Shown here: positions 52,921 through 64,000 of the stretch, piece after piece | How positions within the stretch are numbered: the first letter of the stretch is position 1 | Layout of the letters: every line of letters starts with the position of its first letter | Notes under the pieces: generated by a model | Told to the model about the DNA's origin: nothing | The model's database searches: none | What the model saw: the letters and a program-made list of their open reading frames with translations, nothing else | Position numbers and translations under genes: made by a program | Assembly (NCBI RefSeq): GCF_001194135.2 | Contig: NC_069004.1 | Location: 11,424,905 to 11,488,904 of the forward strand | Source of the DNA: Octopus bimaculoides | Taxonomy: Eukaryota | Length of the DNA stretch: 64,000 nucleotides | Direction of reading: 5' to 3'

Positions 52921-53335
52921 GGCTTCTTTCAGTTTCTGTTTACTAAATTCATTCACAAGGTTTTGTTTGGCCAGATGCTATAAGCAGAAGATACTTGCTT
53001 GAGGTGCCATGCATTGGGACTGAACCTGGAACCATGTAGTTGAGAAGCAAGCTTCTCATCACACAGCCACGCCTCTGTGTGTGTGTGTGTGTGTGTGTTC
53101 GCGCGCGCGTGTGTGTATGTATTCGCGCGTGTGCAATTGTGTGTGTCCTGTGCCTGTCTCTTACTACTGCTTGACAACAAGTGTTGGTGTGTTTACGTCC
53201 CCGTAAAGTGACCGATAGAATAAGTACCAGGCTTAACAAAATAACTCCTTGGGGGTGATTTGTTCGACTAAAACTCTTCAAGGCTGCGCCTCAGCATCAC
53301 CGCAGTCAAATGAATGAGAAAAGCAAAAGATTAAA
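52915..53335. mobile_element. SINE family B fragments (5' half inverted 52915-53075; 3' half direct 53150-53335)
   Basis: Matches to head and tail in opposite orientation. Confidence 0.72.
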
Positions 53336-53575
53336 GATTAACTTAAGTATTGGGTTTTATTCATTCCGTCTTTGTGCGGATGGCGTCTAAATGTGATGAG
53401 ATGTGTTGCATCATTCGCTTTTGTGGTTGTAGTGTAATTTGATAGTATGTATGCATATCTCTCCGTGTGGCTATGTATCTATGCGTGTGCATGTGCGCGT
53501 GAGTGTGCGAGCAAGCGTAACTCTGTGTCTCTATACAAGTTTAAATCCATTGAGTTCTCTCCCTTGGCAGTGCTG

Positions 53576-53702
53576 ATGGCTGAATCGAAACTAAAATGCG
53601 AACATTCGGACAACAGTGTTCGCAACAAACCAACGAACGATGGCAAATTCACGATGCCTGGTCAACAAAAGGCAATCGATCCCAATGTTTTGAAAGAATA
53701 CT
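53576..53702 (+). CDS. ASB13: ASB13-like exon 1 (putative)
   Basis: ATG..GTAAGT, phase 1 compatible with exon 2; MAESKLKCEH...NVLKEY; no homology support. Confidence 0.6.
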
Positions 53703-56700
53703 GTAAGTATCTGTCATATTCTCTCACTCTTCTGTAGAAGGCGATTTTTACCTCGGAACTTTTTTTTTTAAAGCAAATGATGTTATTTTTCGAAATAACA
53801 AAACAAAACGTTGATGTTTGCTATGTTAAGACCTCTGTCATAAATTGTTTGACAAGAATATATATAATATATTGTCATTGTAGAACGGAGAGATCTTTGT
53901 TGAACACACATACGAGCCAGTAAAGAAATAAATGATATAACACGCAGAATACCTTTATGTAAACACACACATACGTATATAGTGTGTGCTTCTTTCTTCG
54001 GATATATGATCCACTGACGTTATATATATATATGTGCTTTACTATTTCGCTTAGACATAGCGATACTAATAATCTCTTAGAACTAAATATATATATATAT
54101 ATATATATGCTTCAGAATTAAGCGTTAGGTGAGTACAGGACATAAAATAAAAATTCTTGCTCTCTTGTCATTTATTTCATTTCAAAAACATACATGCATA
54201 CGCAAATATAATGCAATATATATNNNNNNNNNNNNNNNNNNNNNNNNNNNNNNNNNNNNNNNNNNNNNNNNNNNNNNNNNNNNNNNNNNNNNNNNNNNNN
54301 NNNNNNNNNNNNNNNNNNNNNNNNNNNNNNNNNNNNNNNNNNNNNNNNNNNNNNNNNNNNNNNNNNNNNNNNNNNNNNNNNNNNNNNNNNNNNNNNNNNN
54401 NNNNNNNNNNNNNNNNNNNNNNNNNNNNNNNNNNNNNNNNNNNNNNNNNNNNNNNNNNNNNNNNNNNNNNNNNNNNNNNNNNNNNNNNNNNNNNNNNNNN
54501 NNNNNNNNNNNNNNNNNNNNNNNNNNNNNNNNNNNNNNNNNNNNNNNNNNNNNNNNNNNTATATATATATAGACATACATTTACTGAAGTATCAGTCTGA
54601 GATGCAGTAAGGGCTCCCACTGCTACAAATTCATATTCCTGTGTAGTATATATGTATATGTGTGCGTGTGTCTTAAGGTCCGACGATGTTTTAAACACTG
54701 ATTCTTACCTCTAATTTCAAGTTGAACGAATGAAAGAGATCCCACCATACACACACAACATGAACCCTGGCCCTAGCTAAGATTCCTTGATAATCTGAGG
54801 TCGTGTACCGCCCTATATATGTCATCATAAACTGCATAAATTTATGCAGTTATATAATTATATAAAGTTATATATATTGACATTCCTTCATATTGCATAC
54901 GACGGCTGCAGGCTTGCCAGAAGCCAGAGTATAAATAAATACAATACAACCACAATTGTTATTCAATTTTCTAATGAAACAAACTACAATGGCTCATAGG
55001 TAATAGTTTTATGGTCGAGTATACACCTGGAATATGTTGTTTAAAACTCATTCATAGTATTCGATTACCTGATGTCAGTAACTATATGAAGGTATATCAC
55101 TGGATTTACTTCAGAATTTTTTTTTGGTTCTGTAGAATTTCTTAAAAATATGAGAGGAAGAAAATGGAATTCCCTAGACGAATAAAGGACATGAATTCAT
55201 TTTTCTTTCCCTCATATATGTGTGTGTGTGTGTGGTCAGTGGATCGTATATCCGAAAAAGAAGCACACTCCGAAAGTTCGAGCAGTAATGTATTTATATG
55301 AAATTAAATATATGTCCGGTCATCGAGTGACCAATGGTTTCGCTTCCATAAAGCCCTTAGCTTCATATGCCTATAACAAATTATAGAGACCGAAAATGGA
55401 ATATACAAGAAACTTTATTGCTCGCAACAATAATCGTTTCGACAATCCTTCATCGATTCCTCGCGGGGTGGGGGACATTGTACGAGTGGTTCTGGTGCAA
55501 TCCTCGGTGCAGAAGTGTCTCGTCAGGTGATGTTATAAGGGGTATCTCGTTTGTGTCTATCGTTTATTATATACTCAACGAACACTGAGGAATTCCTGAG
55601 GTAGATCCAGCGACAGTTGTGTAAATACCGTGGATAACATCAGGTAGCCATAGGCAGTGATCGAGCTTCGTCGGCTAACTACTGGGAACATACCCAATAC
55701 TTAAATAATTACTTTATTTATATATATATATATATGTATGTATGTATGTATAATTCAAATTTGAAAGGAAAAAAAGAGACGAAGACAGGTGAGGAATAAC
55801 AAGCAGGTGTATTAGCGTAGTGTTTGATCTAAAATAATGGTTATTCCACCAGATTGTTCTGAGAAAGACCATCTGAAATACAGCTGATAAACCGATATTT
55901 TTGTTTTGTTATTCCATCAATTTCCTTCAGCTGTTTGTGTTTCAATAATTTTTATTTCTTTAGAATATTAAACGATTTTCGTATTTCGTAATTTTGCGTT
56001 TTATTAATTTATTTATTTATGTTTTTTTTTGTTTATGGTCGTACTATGTAGTTAGGAGTCGTCTCCCTTTGACCTTAACGACCTGAGTCAATATGGCTTG
56101 CTGTAATCAGGGAAAAGGAAAAGAACAAACTACTATGCAACAAACAAACAAAAAAAGGAAAAAGTGTCGCCCTTGCTTGAAGGTGAATAAATCATTATCA
56201 GTCAAAACTGTCTAAAATAATAGATAAAAAATTCAAATTGGAAAATAAAACGTCCGATTCATTTGCGCATGCGTGGATGCGCTTGTGCGGTCTTTAAATG
56301 TTTACACTGTGACGGCCGTCGTTTTCTTCTTCCAACCTTGACCATCTCGTTTTCTCACTCATTTCACACCCTACCGTCCTTTTTTTTTTCTTTTGAATAA
56401 TGTATACACGGGCCTCAAGGGTGTCCATAAATTATCTTTACAATTTTCACACTTCCTAGCTTTAAATTGTAAAGGTAATTTATCCTCCGCACCCAGTCCC
56501 GTTTTCGTAGGGTGGGGGAAGTGGAAAAATAAATAAATAAAAAGGCCAAAGCGAGCATGACGGAGGTCAGGTCAGATTAAATGAAAACACAACTTATTGC
56601 CAATTTTATTTGGTAAAATTAGCGGTCAACATACAAACAAACTTTAGGGTGGGGGTCTCGTTTAGTAATTTAATACGGAGTTGACTGAAAAGTAATCAAT

Positions 56701-59296
56701 AAGATTGTCATGGATGGATTGTCCTAGTTCTGTTAGATCAGCGCTGACTTGGACCGAACAGCAACAATTAGCGATAGGTCTGTGTGTGTGTGTATACTGG
56801 TATCACCCAATATGCTAGAAATTGCAGTTACATTCCTTGTCGGTGCATAAATTGTTAATAATTAATCTATAGAGATATTGGTTCCAAATTTTGGCTCAAT
56901 GCCAGCAATTTCAGGGGATGGACTAAGTCAATTACGTTGATGGTAGTGCTTGACCTTCACTTATTTTATCGACCCTGAAAGGATGAAAGGCAAAGTCGAC
57001 CTCAACTGAATTTGAACTCAGAATGTAATGACGGACGAAATGCCACTAAGCATTCCGCCCAGTGTGCAAACGATTCTACCAGCTCACCACCTTAATCTAT
57101 ATAAGTATTGATAAATGGACGTTATTTAGAATAAGGCCTCAGAGATAAAAAATTGGTTGGACATAAGGTGTGTTCATCAGTTGTGTGACCTAAGAAGGTT
57201 AACAGAAACCAATTAGGCTCTTAATAGGATTAATTATCGAAGCATAACAGGATAATTCATAGAAAACTTGGTGAAGATATTCTTGGTGCTATGACTTTAA
57301 AAAATCAGTGACGTAGCTGGAGTGTGTGTCACCTGGAGCAGCCTTTGTGTTTGATCTCCACTTGAGTTTGTTGCTTATACAGTAGGCTCACAAGTGTTGC
57401 CCTCATGAAAGTGTTGTGCAGAACAATCCTCTCCTTCCAGATATGCTACTGCAAATGTCTGAACCATTTCTTCCTGCCTGCAGCGTTTGAGACATTTGGA
57501 GGGGCTGGGCTGCTAACAGCGAAGTTCTCGTCAGCATTTGCAGTTCACCTTAAGTCCTCTACAAATGTCATTTAGTCCTCCACATCATAACAATTTTGGC
57601 AAGTATCATTTAAACTGGCACTCCATTAGTTATGATGACAAAGGGTCCAATTGATCCGATCAACAGAACAGCCTGCTCATAAAATTAACATGCAAGTGGT
57701 TGAGCACTCCACAGACATGTGTACCCTTAACATAGTTCTCAGGGAGATTCAGCATGACACAGAAAGCGACACGACTGGCCCCTTGAATTACAGGTACCTC
57801 TCATTTTTGCCAGCTGAGTGGACAGGAGCAATGAAAAATAAAGCATCTTGCTGAAGGACATAATGTACTGCTGTGAATCACAACCATGGGCTGAAATACC
57901 CTAACCACTAAGTCACATGCAAGTATTGTTACATTCTCTAAAATCATCATTTTATACTCTTCAATTGTTAAGTCATCTACAAATATTGTTACATTCTCTA
58001 CAACCATTATCATTGCCCCTTCAAACATTATTACATTTTCTACACCCATCATCATCTTCTCAACAAATAATATTACTTTCTCTACAAACATTAATGTATC
58101 CTACAAACGTTATTATTATTATGTTTACAGTGGACAGTGTTTATCCTCTACAAAAGGCTGCCCGTGATGGCAGAGCTGATATTCTGAAGTTGTTGGTTAG
58201 AAAATATGGAATGAATGTCAACTGCCAAACATATGATTTGGTGACCCCTCTACATGAAGCCAGTGCCTGGGGTCACGTGAATTGCGTCACTGAACTCATT
58301 CAGTTAGATGCTTCGGTAAGGTGATTTTATTCTCATTCTTCAGTCGTTCTCCTCTCTTTCGTAAGGCTTGTTTACAGCCAAGAGGAAATATTTCTAATAT
58401 GGTTTTTAGTTAAGTCATAGGGTGGTTGGAATCTTTGCTAACATAATGGAGTGACTCATTTGTTTTTCTCTCTGAGCAGTAAAGGCCATTAGCTAGGTTG
58501 AATATCAAATCAAGGAATTTGACCAATCCAAGGTTAGATTCGACAGTAATTTTTCATTCTAATGCCCTAAACAATTTGTGGAGTTCCTTCATAATTTGGT
58601 TGATATTCTTGTGGGTTATTATTTGTTATGGGTGTGAGTTCATCGTTTCAGTAGAGACTACCCTTAAACATTTATGGTTTACAAGAAAGCGTTTATATGT
58701 TCCTACTAAAAAGTCTTTTCTTCTCTTCAATTTGACATTGAGTGAAAATGGTGTCTTAAACCATTTAATTTTGCACTTTTTTTTTTGTTTTTGCTTTGTA
58801 GGGATCAGTTTTAGCGATTGGTATGTATGTGATTTTTTTTTTTTTTCGAAACTACTGGCTTCTATAGTTGTGCTTTTGTATGGTGTACCTTTCTTGCATA
58901 TTTCCTTATTAGATGAGAGAGTAGATAGTCGTAGTCATCAGCTGAAATCAATTAACAGGTTTTTAAATACTATCAATGGGTAACCAGAGCCTTTGCATAT
59001 TTATCCATTCATTTTTAAGCCCATTTTTCCATGGTAGCATGGGTTAGATGAATATTTCATTGAGGCATTGTTTTACAGGTGGATGCCCGTCTTGCTGCTA
59101 ACCCTTACTTGCTTTCAAATAAGGGATTTCGTATTCTACTTGTCTTCAAAGGCACAAAGCCAGTAGATGGTTTGTTGACAGGGAAGTGACAATAACATCA
59201 CTGCTGGTAGCACTGATTATTTCTGGAGATGTGCAGATGAAAGCAGTCACACACACACACACACACACAAACATACAAATCTAGATTGTGTGTGTA

Positions 59297-59330
<34 letters not shown>

Positions 59331-61177
59331 TAAATGATAAGATTGCTTCAATATTTCAGGGGTAGTCTGAAGTATCTAAGCAACCAGGGGATATTTAAAT
59401 CTGAAGGCACTCCTGGAAATTACTTGTGTGGGTACCGTCTTCGTTAGAAGGTATCCAGAGGCAGGTAATTTATTGTTTAAACCGCAGTTTATAATTATAA
59501 TTATATATATATATATACATACATATACGAGCACACAGATGTTTGTGTGCCTGTCACATGTACAGAAATCTTTATAAAAGTGGTGTATTTGCTCCCCCCC
59601 ACTTCAACAAACCAAGGGGAGATAATTACCACTTCATTTATGATAACATCTGTACTTGAAATAAAAGTGGGAGGTCTTGGTATTGATGAATGATGTCTAT
59701 CCAAGATAAACAAAGGCACCTTGGTACTATCACAATGTCTAAACACAGTTAATTTATATGCAGCTTTACCTGTCTATGTACATCGAGATTATCTAACTAT
59801 TTTTAATCTAATTACCTGGGTAATGTTAGATATTCTAGACTGCTCTGTTTTAAAAACATTTGGAGATGTTTAGGTAAATAACATTTTTTTTTTGAAGTTG
59901 TTGTTTTTGGAATCCAACCAGAATTTTGTGTAATTGTTTATTTAATAACAGGGTTGCAATTGAAATTCTAATTTCAATGTAAACATTTTAATATAGGCAC
60001 TTCTCAGTGGGTTGTAATAAAAAGGGTTAATATCGTAAAATCAGTGTACGGAAAAGTCCTTAAAAGTACCCCAAGATTTACGAGACATTTTACATTCTGT
60101 GGCTATTTATTAATCAGTGTGCATCATTTCCTGTTTGTTAGGTGAATGCCCGCAATATCGATGGTTCGACACCCCTGTGTGAAGCAAGCAGCCATGGAAA
60201 GACAGAATGTGTCCGTCTACTTTTAACTGCTGGAGCATACGTTAACCCTCCACTCCTACTCACAACTCCCTTACATGAAGCAGTTTTCAATAGTGAGTGA
60301 GTGAAAACTTGATTTCCTTTCTCTCATCACATCTCTTCCTATCTTTTGTTTGTTTTATTTTTGTTGTTGCTGTTTTACTCTTTGACAGAAGTTGTCTGGT
60401 ATTTTATTCTTGTTATTCACTGAATGGTTGTACCACAAGATGGCCATAGTTAAATTGCTGGAAGCACAGTTGCTAAAGTACCATTCAAATTGCATGATAG
60501 TCTTTAGTTTCAGCCTTTTATGGCAGTGGCGGTATGGTAAGAAGCTTGCTTTCCATTTACATGGTTCTGGGTTTAGTCTCACTTGGACAAGTGTCTTCTA
60601 TAGCAACTTGTCCTGTATCATCCTTTAACATCAAGTCTTTGTCTTCATCATTTTTCATTTTTCTCTTCTACTTTTTTTCCAGACAACTGGGAATGTACTG
60701 AGATTCTAACGGAAGCAGGAGCCAACTTAGAGGCAAGTGACATCCATTTCGGCACACCCCTCCTTGTTACCTGCTTGAATGGTTACATCAAATGTGCCAA
60801 GGTTCTCCTACAATCAGGTAAACCCTTAAACTGATTTTGTTTGACCTTGATTTTTTTTTTTTTTTTTTTTTTTTTTTCTGTTAGTTTTTGAAAATCTTGG
60901 CTTCATTACTTATTTCAATGAGGAAAACTGACTTCCATTATTATTATTATTATTATTATTATCATTATTAAGGCGGTGAACTGGCAGAATCATTAGCATG
61001 CCAGGCAAAATGCGTAGCCTGTCGCTACTTTCTGAATTCAAATTCCATCAAGGTCGACTTGGCCTTTCATCATTTTGAGTATCAGTAGATTAAGTACCGG
61101 TAAAACATTGGTTCAATGTAATTGATTCGTCTCCTTCCCCAAAATTTCAGGCCTTGTGCCTTTAGTAGGAAGGATTA

Positions 61178-61209
<32 letters not shown>

Positions 61210-63409
61210 TTCCATTTTTAATCTGCTTTATTCTTAGGAGCCAACGTAAATGCTGCCAGAACACATCAAACCCCTTTGCACGAAGCCATAAAACAAGGTT
61301 TGGACAATGATTTCCTCACGCTGCTTCTTGAACATGGTGCCAACACACGCAGCTTAAACAACCAAGGTTTGCTACCACGCCACTTGGCACACCGGAATTC
61401 CAATGTCATTAAGTTGTTGGATTATTGGGAAAGTAAGTCAGAAATATTTTGGAGATTTATGGTTCTTCATTATTTTATTCAGTATTTGTATTTTTATTTC
61501 AATAAATTTCAATCATTGAAAGATATAGTTTTATGATAACAAGACCTTCGTACATTGGGCCTCACCGAGGCGATGACTACTGACGGAGACCTTTGGAAAT
61601 GTGCTGTGCGTGAGAAGACCCGGCAAGCCAAGTAAGATCGTTGCCAGTGCCCCTGGACTGGTTCTTGTGCGAGTGGCACATGAGATGCACCATTTTGAGC
61701 GTGGCCGTTGCCAGTACCGCCTGACTGGCTCCCGTAGGATTTTCGAGCGAGATTGTTGCCAGTGCCCCTGGACTGGCTTGTGCGGGTGGCACATAAAAGA
61801 CACCATTTCGAGCGTGGCCGTTTTCGTGCGGGTGACACGTAAAAGCACCCACTACACTCTCTGAGTGGTTGGCGTTAAGAAGGGCATCCAGCTGTAGAAA
61901 CTCTGCCAAATTAGACTGGAGCCTGGTGTTGCCATCCGGTTTCACCAGTCCTCAGTCAAATCGTCCAACCCATGCTAGCATGGAAAGCGGACGTTAAACG
62001 ATGATGATGATGATGATGATGTTTCCCTTTTGGGGTTTTATTATATGTCAATGATTAGCCATGTACCAACCCTTTTCTTACCACCACTGCAATAACAACC
62101 AGCAGCCAACGATGCCATTGTAACTTTCTTGACCAATCCTTCATTCTTACACTGATTCACTTCAGAGTAGAGAGTGAATTCTTTAACAATTGCTGCCATC
62201 CCAACCACATAGTTCTGGGTTCAGTCCTACTGTGTGGCATCTTGAGCAAGTGTCTTCTACTGTAGCCTACAACATATGTTACAGTATCCAGTCATAGAAA
62301 TCTTGTCAAAGCAGGTACTGGAGACCAACACAACCCTCGGGCTTGTTGCATCCTTTCAAACTACCCAACCCATGCCAGCATTGGTTCGCAAATGTGGTTC
62401 ACGAAAGAGTCATACCCAACGACTGGTGTAGCAGCACCATAGTCAACTGCTACAAAGATAAAAGTGATGCCTCAGATAGAAATAATTACAGAGGTATCAA
62501 ATCGTTGTGTCGAGTGACGAAAGTTACAGAGAGAGCCATAGTCCAACCAATTAGGGAGAGTTAGTCTAGATGAGATGCAGTTTGGTTTTGTGCCAAGCAG
62601 AAGCACCACTGATGCTATATTTCTGGTAAGCCTTGTACAGGGACACTACCAGTAAGGTGAGGGTGGGCAACGAGTACAGTGAAGAATTCAGGGTACAAGT
62701 AGGGGTTCACCAAGGATCGGTCCTCAGCCCCCTCTTGCTCATCATAGTCCCCTAGGCAATACTATTATTATAAAGGCAGCGAACTGACAGAATTGTTAGC
62801 ACACCAGGCGAAATGCTTAGTGGTATTTCATCTGTTGCTACGTTCTGAGTTCAAATTCCACCAAGGCCAACATTGCTTTTCATCCTTTTGGGGGTTGATA
62901 AATTAAGTACCAGTGAAACACTGAGGTTGATGCAATTGACTAGTCCCCTCCCTTGTGCCTTTAGTAGAAAGGATTATTATTATGATGACATACATTGCCT
63001 TTGTTTAAATTCATTTTGAAATAATGAACAATTGAGTAAAATAACTTTGTTGTTTATTAAGCTGGTCCACAGAGAGAGGAATAACTTGTGGCAAGCAGCA
63101 GAAAAACTATGCAATTGATGGATGTTTCATTAACCTATTGGGCAGAATTCAAATCTCCTCAATGAGTAATTTTTCCTAATTCTTTATTTAGTATAAGGAC
63201 TGTAGCAAAGTTTGAAATTAAAATTCCCTTCCTTTTTTTCTTTTTCGTTTTCTGTTTTAAACATTTTATTTTCCCTTTTTGTTTCAGAAAACCCCCAGAG
63301 TCTGTTGTTCTATGCTCGGAAATCAATCTTGAAGGCTATCAGAAATTATCATCTTATTTCTAGACTTGAGATACCTCAAATCCTACAGAACTACCTCAGT
63401 TTCAAGTAA
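53576..63409 (+). CDS. ASB13: Ankyrin repeat and SOCS box protein, ASB13-like (ASB5/9/11/13 group), 6 exons, 304 aa
   Basis: Exons 53576-53702, 58131-58315, 60142-60292, 60683-60817, 61238-61432 and 63288-63409 join in phase (915 nt including stop). Ankyrin repeats, e.g. VNARNIDGSTPLCEAS...VNPPLLLTTPLHEA (very close to remembered ASB13 VDARNIDGSTPLCDAC...VNPPLYTASPLHEA), plus a C-terminal SOCS box. Orthology to ASB13 specifically is not proven. Confidence 0.88.
56417..56493. mobile_element. Small degenerate mariner-type MITE / inverted repeat
   Basis: GGGTGTCC-ATAAATTATCTTTACAATTT and inverted AAATTGTAAAGGTAATTTAT. Confidence 0.45.
57650..57800 (-). mobile_element. SINE family A, 3' fragment
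   Basis: Diverged reverse-complement match. Confidence 0.75.
58131..58315 (+). CDS. ASB13: ASB13-like exon 2
   Basis: CAG..GTAAGG; DSVYPLQKAARDGRADILKLLV...TPLHEASAWGHVNCVTELI. Confidence 0.92.
60142..60292 (+). CDS. ASB13: ASB13-like exon 3
   Basis: TAG..GTGAGT; VNARNIDGSTPLCEASSHGKTECVRLLLTAGAYVNPPLLLTTPLHEAVFN. Confidence 0.95.
60683..60817 (+). CDS. ASB13: ASB13-like exon 4
   Basis: CAG..GTAAAC; NWECTEILTEAGANLEASDIHFGTPLLVTCLNGYIKCAKVLLQS. Confidence 0.95.
61238..61432 (+). CDS. ASB13: ASB13-like exon 5
   Basis: TAG..GTAAGT; GANVNAARTHQTPLHEAIKQG...LLDYWE. Confidence 0.95.
61545..62020 (+). mobile_element. SINE family D (RTE-like tail ending CATGCTAGCATGGAAAGCGGACGTTAAAC(GAT)n)
   Basis: Longest copy; others at ~12765-13025(-), 34460-34640(+), 37820-38100(-), 38385-38705(-), 39595-39930(-), 43535-43772(+). 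Confidence 0.85.
62385..62762 (+). mobile_element. RTE-clade LINE reverse transcriptase fragment
   Basis: IPNDWCSSTIVNCYKDKSDASDRNNYRGIK; QFGFVPSRSTTDAIF; VGVHQGSVLSPLL. Confidence 0.9.
63288..63409 (+). CDS. ASB13: ASB13-like exon 6 (SOCS box)
   Basis: CAG acceptor; NPQSLLFYARKSILKAI...LEIPQILQNYLSFK* matches the BC-box/cullin-box pattern. Confidence 0.92.
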
Positions 63410-64000
63410 CCCTTGACAATAAAATCTCATTGCTACTCTAAAGACAATTCCAGGATTCAAGGAGTATTTTTGTTTTTCTTTTTGTTTACAGCTGGATATC
63501 ATCATTCCTTCTATTAATCTCTGCCTACCTCCATCAACATAGAGAAACTAGAGTTACTACATGTAATGCCTTACTAATCACTGTGTTATATCCACAAGTA
63601 TAGCATGTAACTCTTTGATTTGGCTGATCAAGGTAAAAAAAAAACCCTGTTTATCATTTATTTCACAGTTCAGTGGCTAGCAGGATTCACTAAGCTGTTA
63701 AAGTAATTGATCCAACCAATAAAACAATTGAGTCCAGCCATTGGATATTATTTGGGGAAAACCTTTAGTTTAACCCATTACCTCCCATAATTCTATTAAC
63801 TGGAATTTTTTTTAATGAAACTTTGATTTCTAGCAAAAAACAGCCTTCGAAACACGCTGGAATGATCAAAATAACATTTCAAAATAACATTTTAAATAGA
63901 AATAAGCGAGAAATAGGGTGAAAAATTAGCAAACCTCATTTGAATATCAGAGAAATATACCTAGTAGATATAGCAAAAAGGTTAGATATGTGTAAATATT

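Noticed and set aside
54700-54810. Minus-strand donor-like GAG|GTAAGA suggesting a distant GSAP 5'UTR exon
   Set aside because: An isolated motif with no supporting acceptor or promoter; expected by chance.

Overview
AT-rich, microsatellite- and SINE-dense animal genomic DNA from a draft assembly with many N gaps. The SINE families suggest an octopod cephalopod (inference). Two spliced protein-coding genes lie head-to-head. (1) A 30-exon gamma-secretase-activating protein gene (GSAP/pigeon) on the minus strand, 49962->10390, about 950 aa. I reconstructed it by hand with GT/AG borders and continuous intron phase; the exon-1 donor falls in a gap. (2) A 6-exon ankyrin-repeat/SOCS-box gene (ASB13-like) on the plus strand, 53576->63409, 304 aa. 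The rest is four tRNA/RTE-type SINE families, mariner and Tc1 remnants, several MITEs, an RTE LINE fragment, a Helitron helicase remnant and simple repeats. I see no clear new multi-gene system. The best leads are: a 287-bp 5'ETS+18S rDNA fragment inserted with a 7-bp target-site duplication into a SINE; a candidate alternative/poison exon of GSAP next to a MITE carrying a 5x85-bp internal array; a TIR/direct-repeat composite element enclosing a coding-like core; two hammerhead-ribozyme-like motifs; and inverted SINEs tightly bracketing a symmetric GSAP exon. All homology calls come from remembered sequences, not from database searches, and repeat boundaries are approximate unless a TSD or TIR is given.
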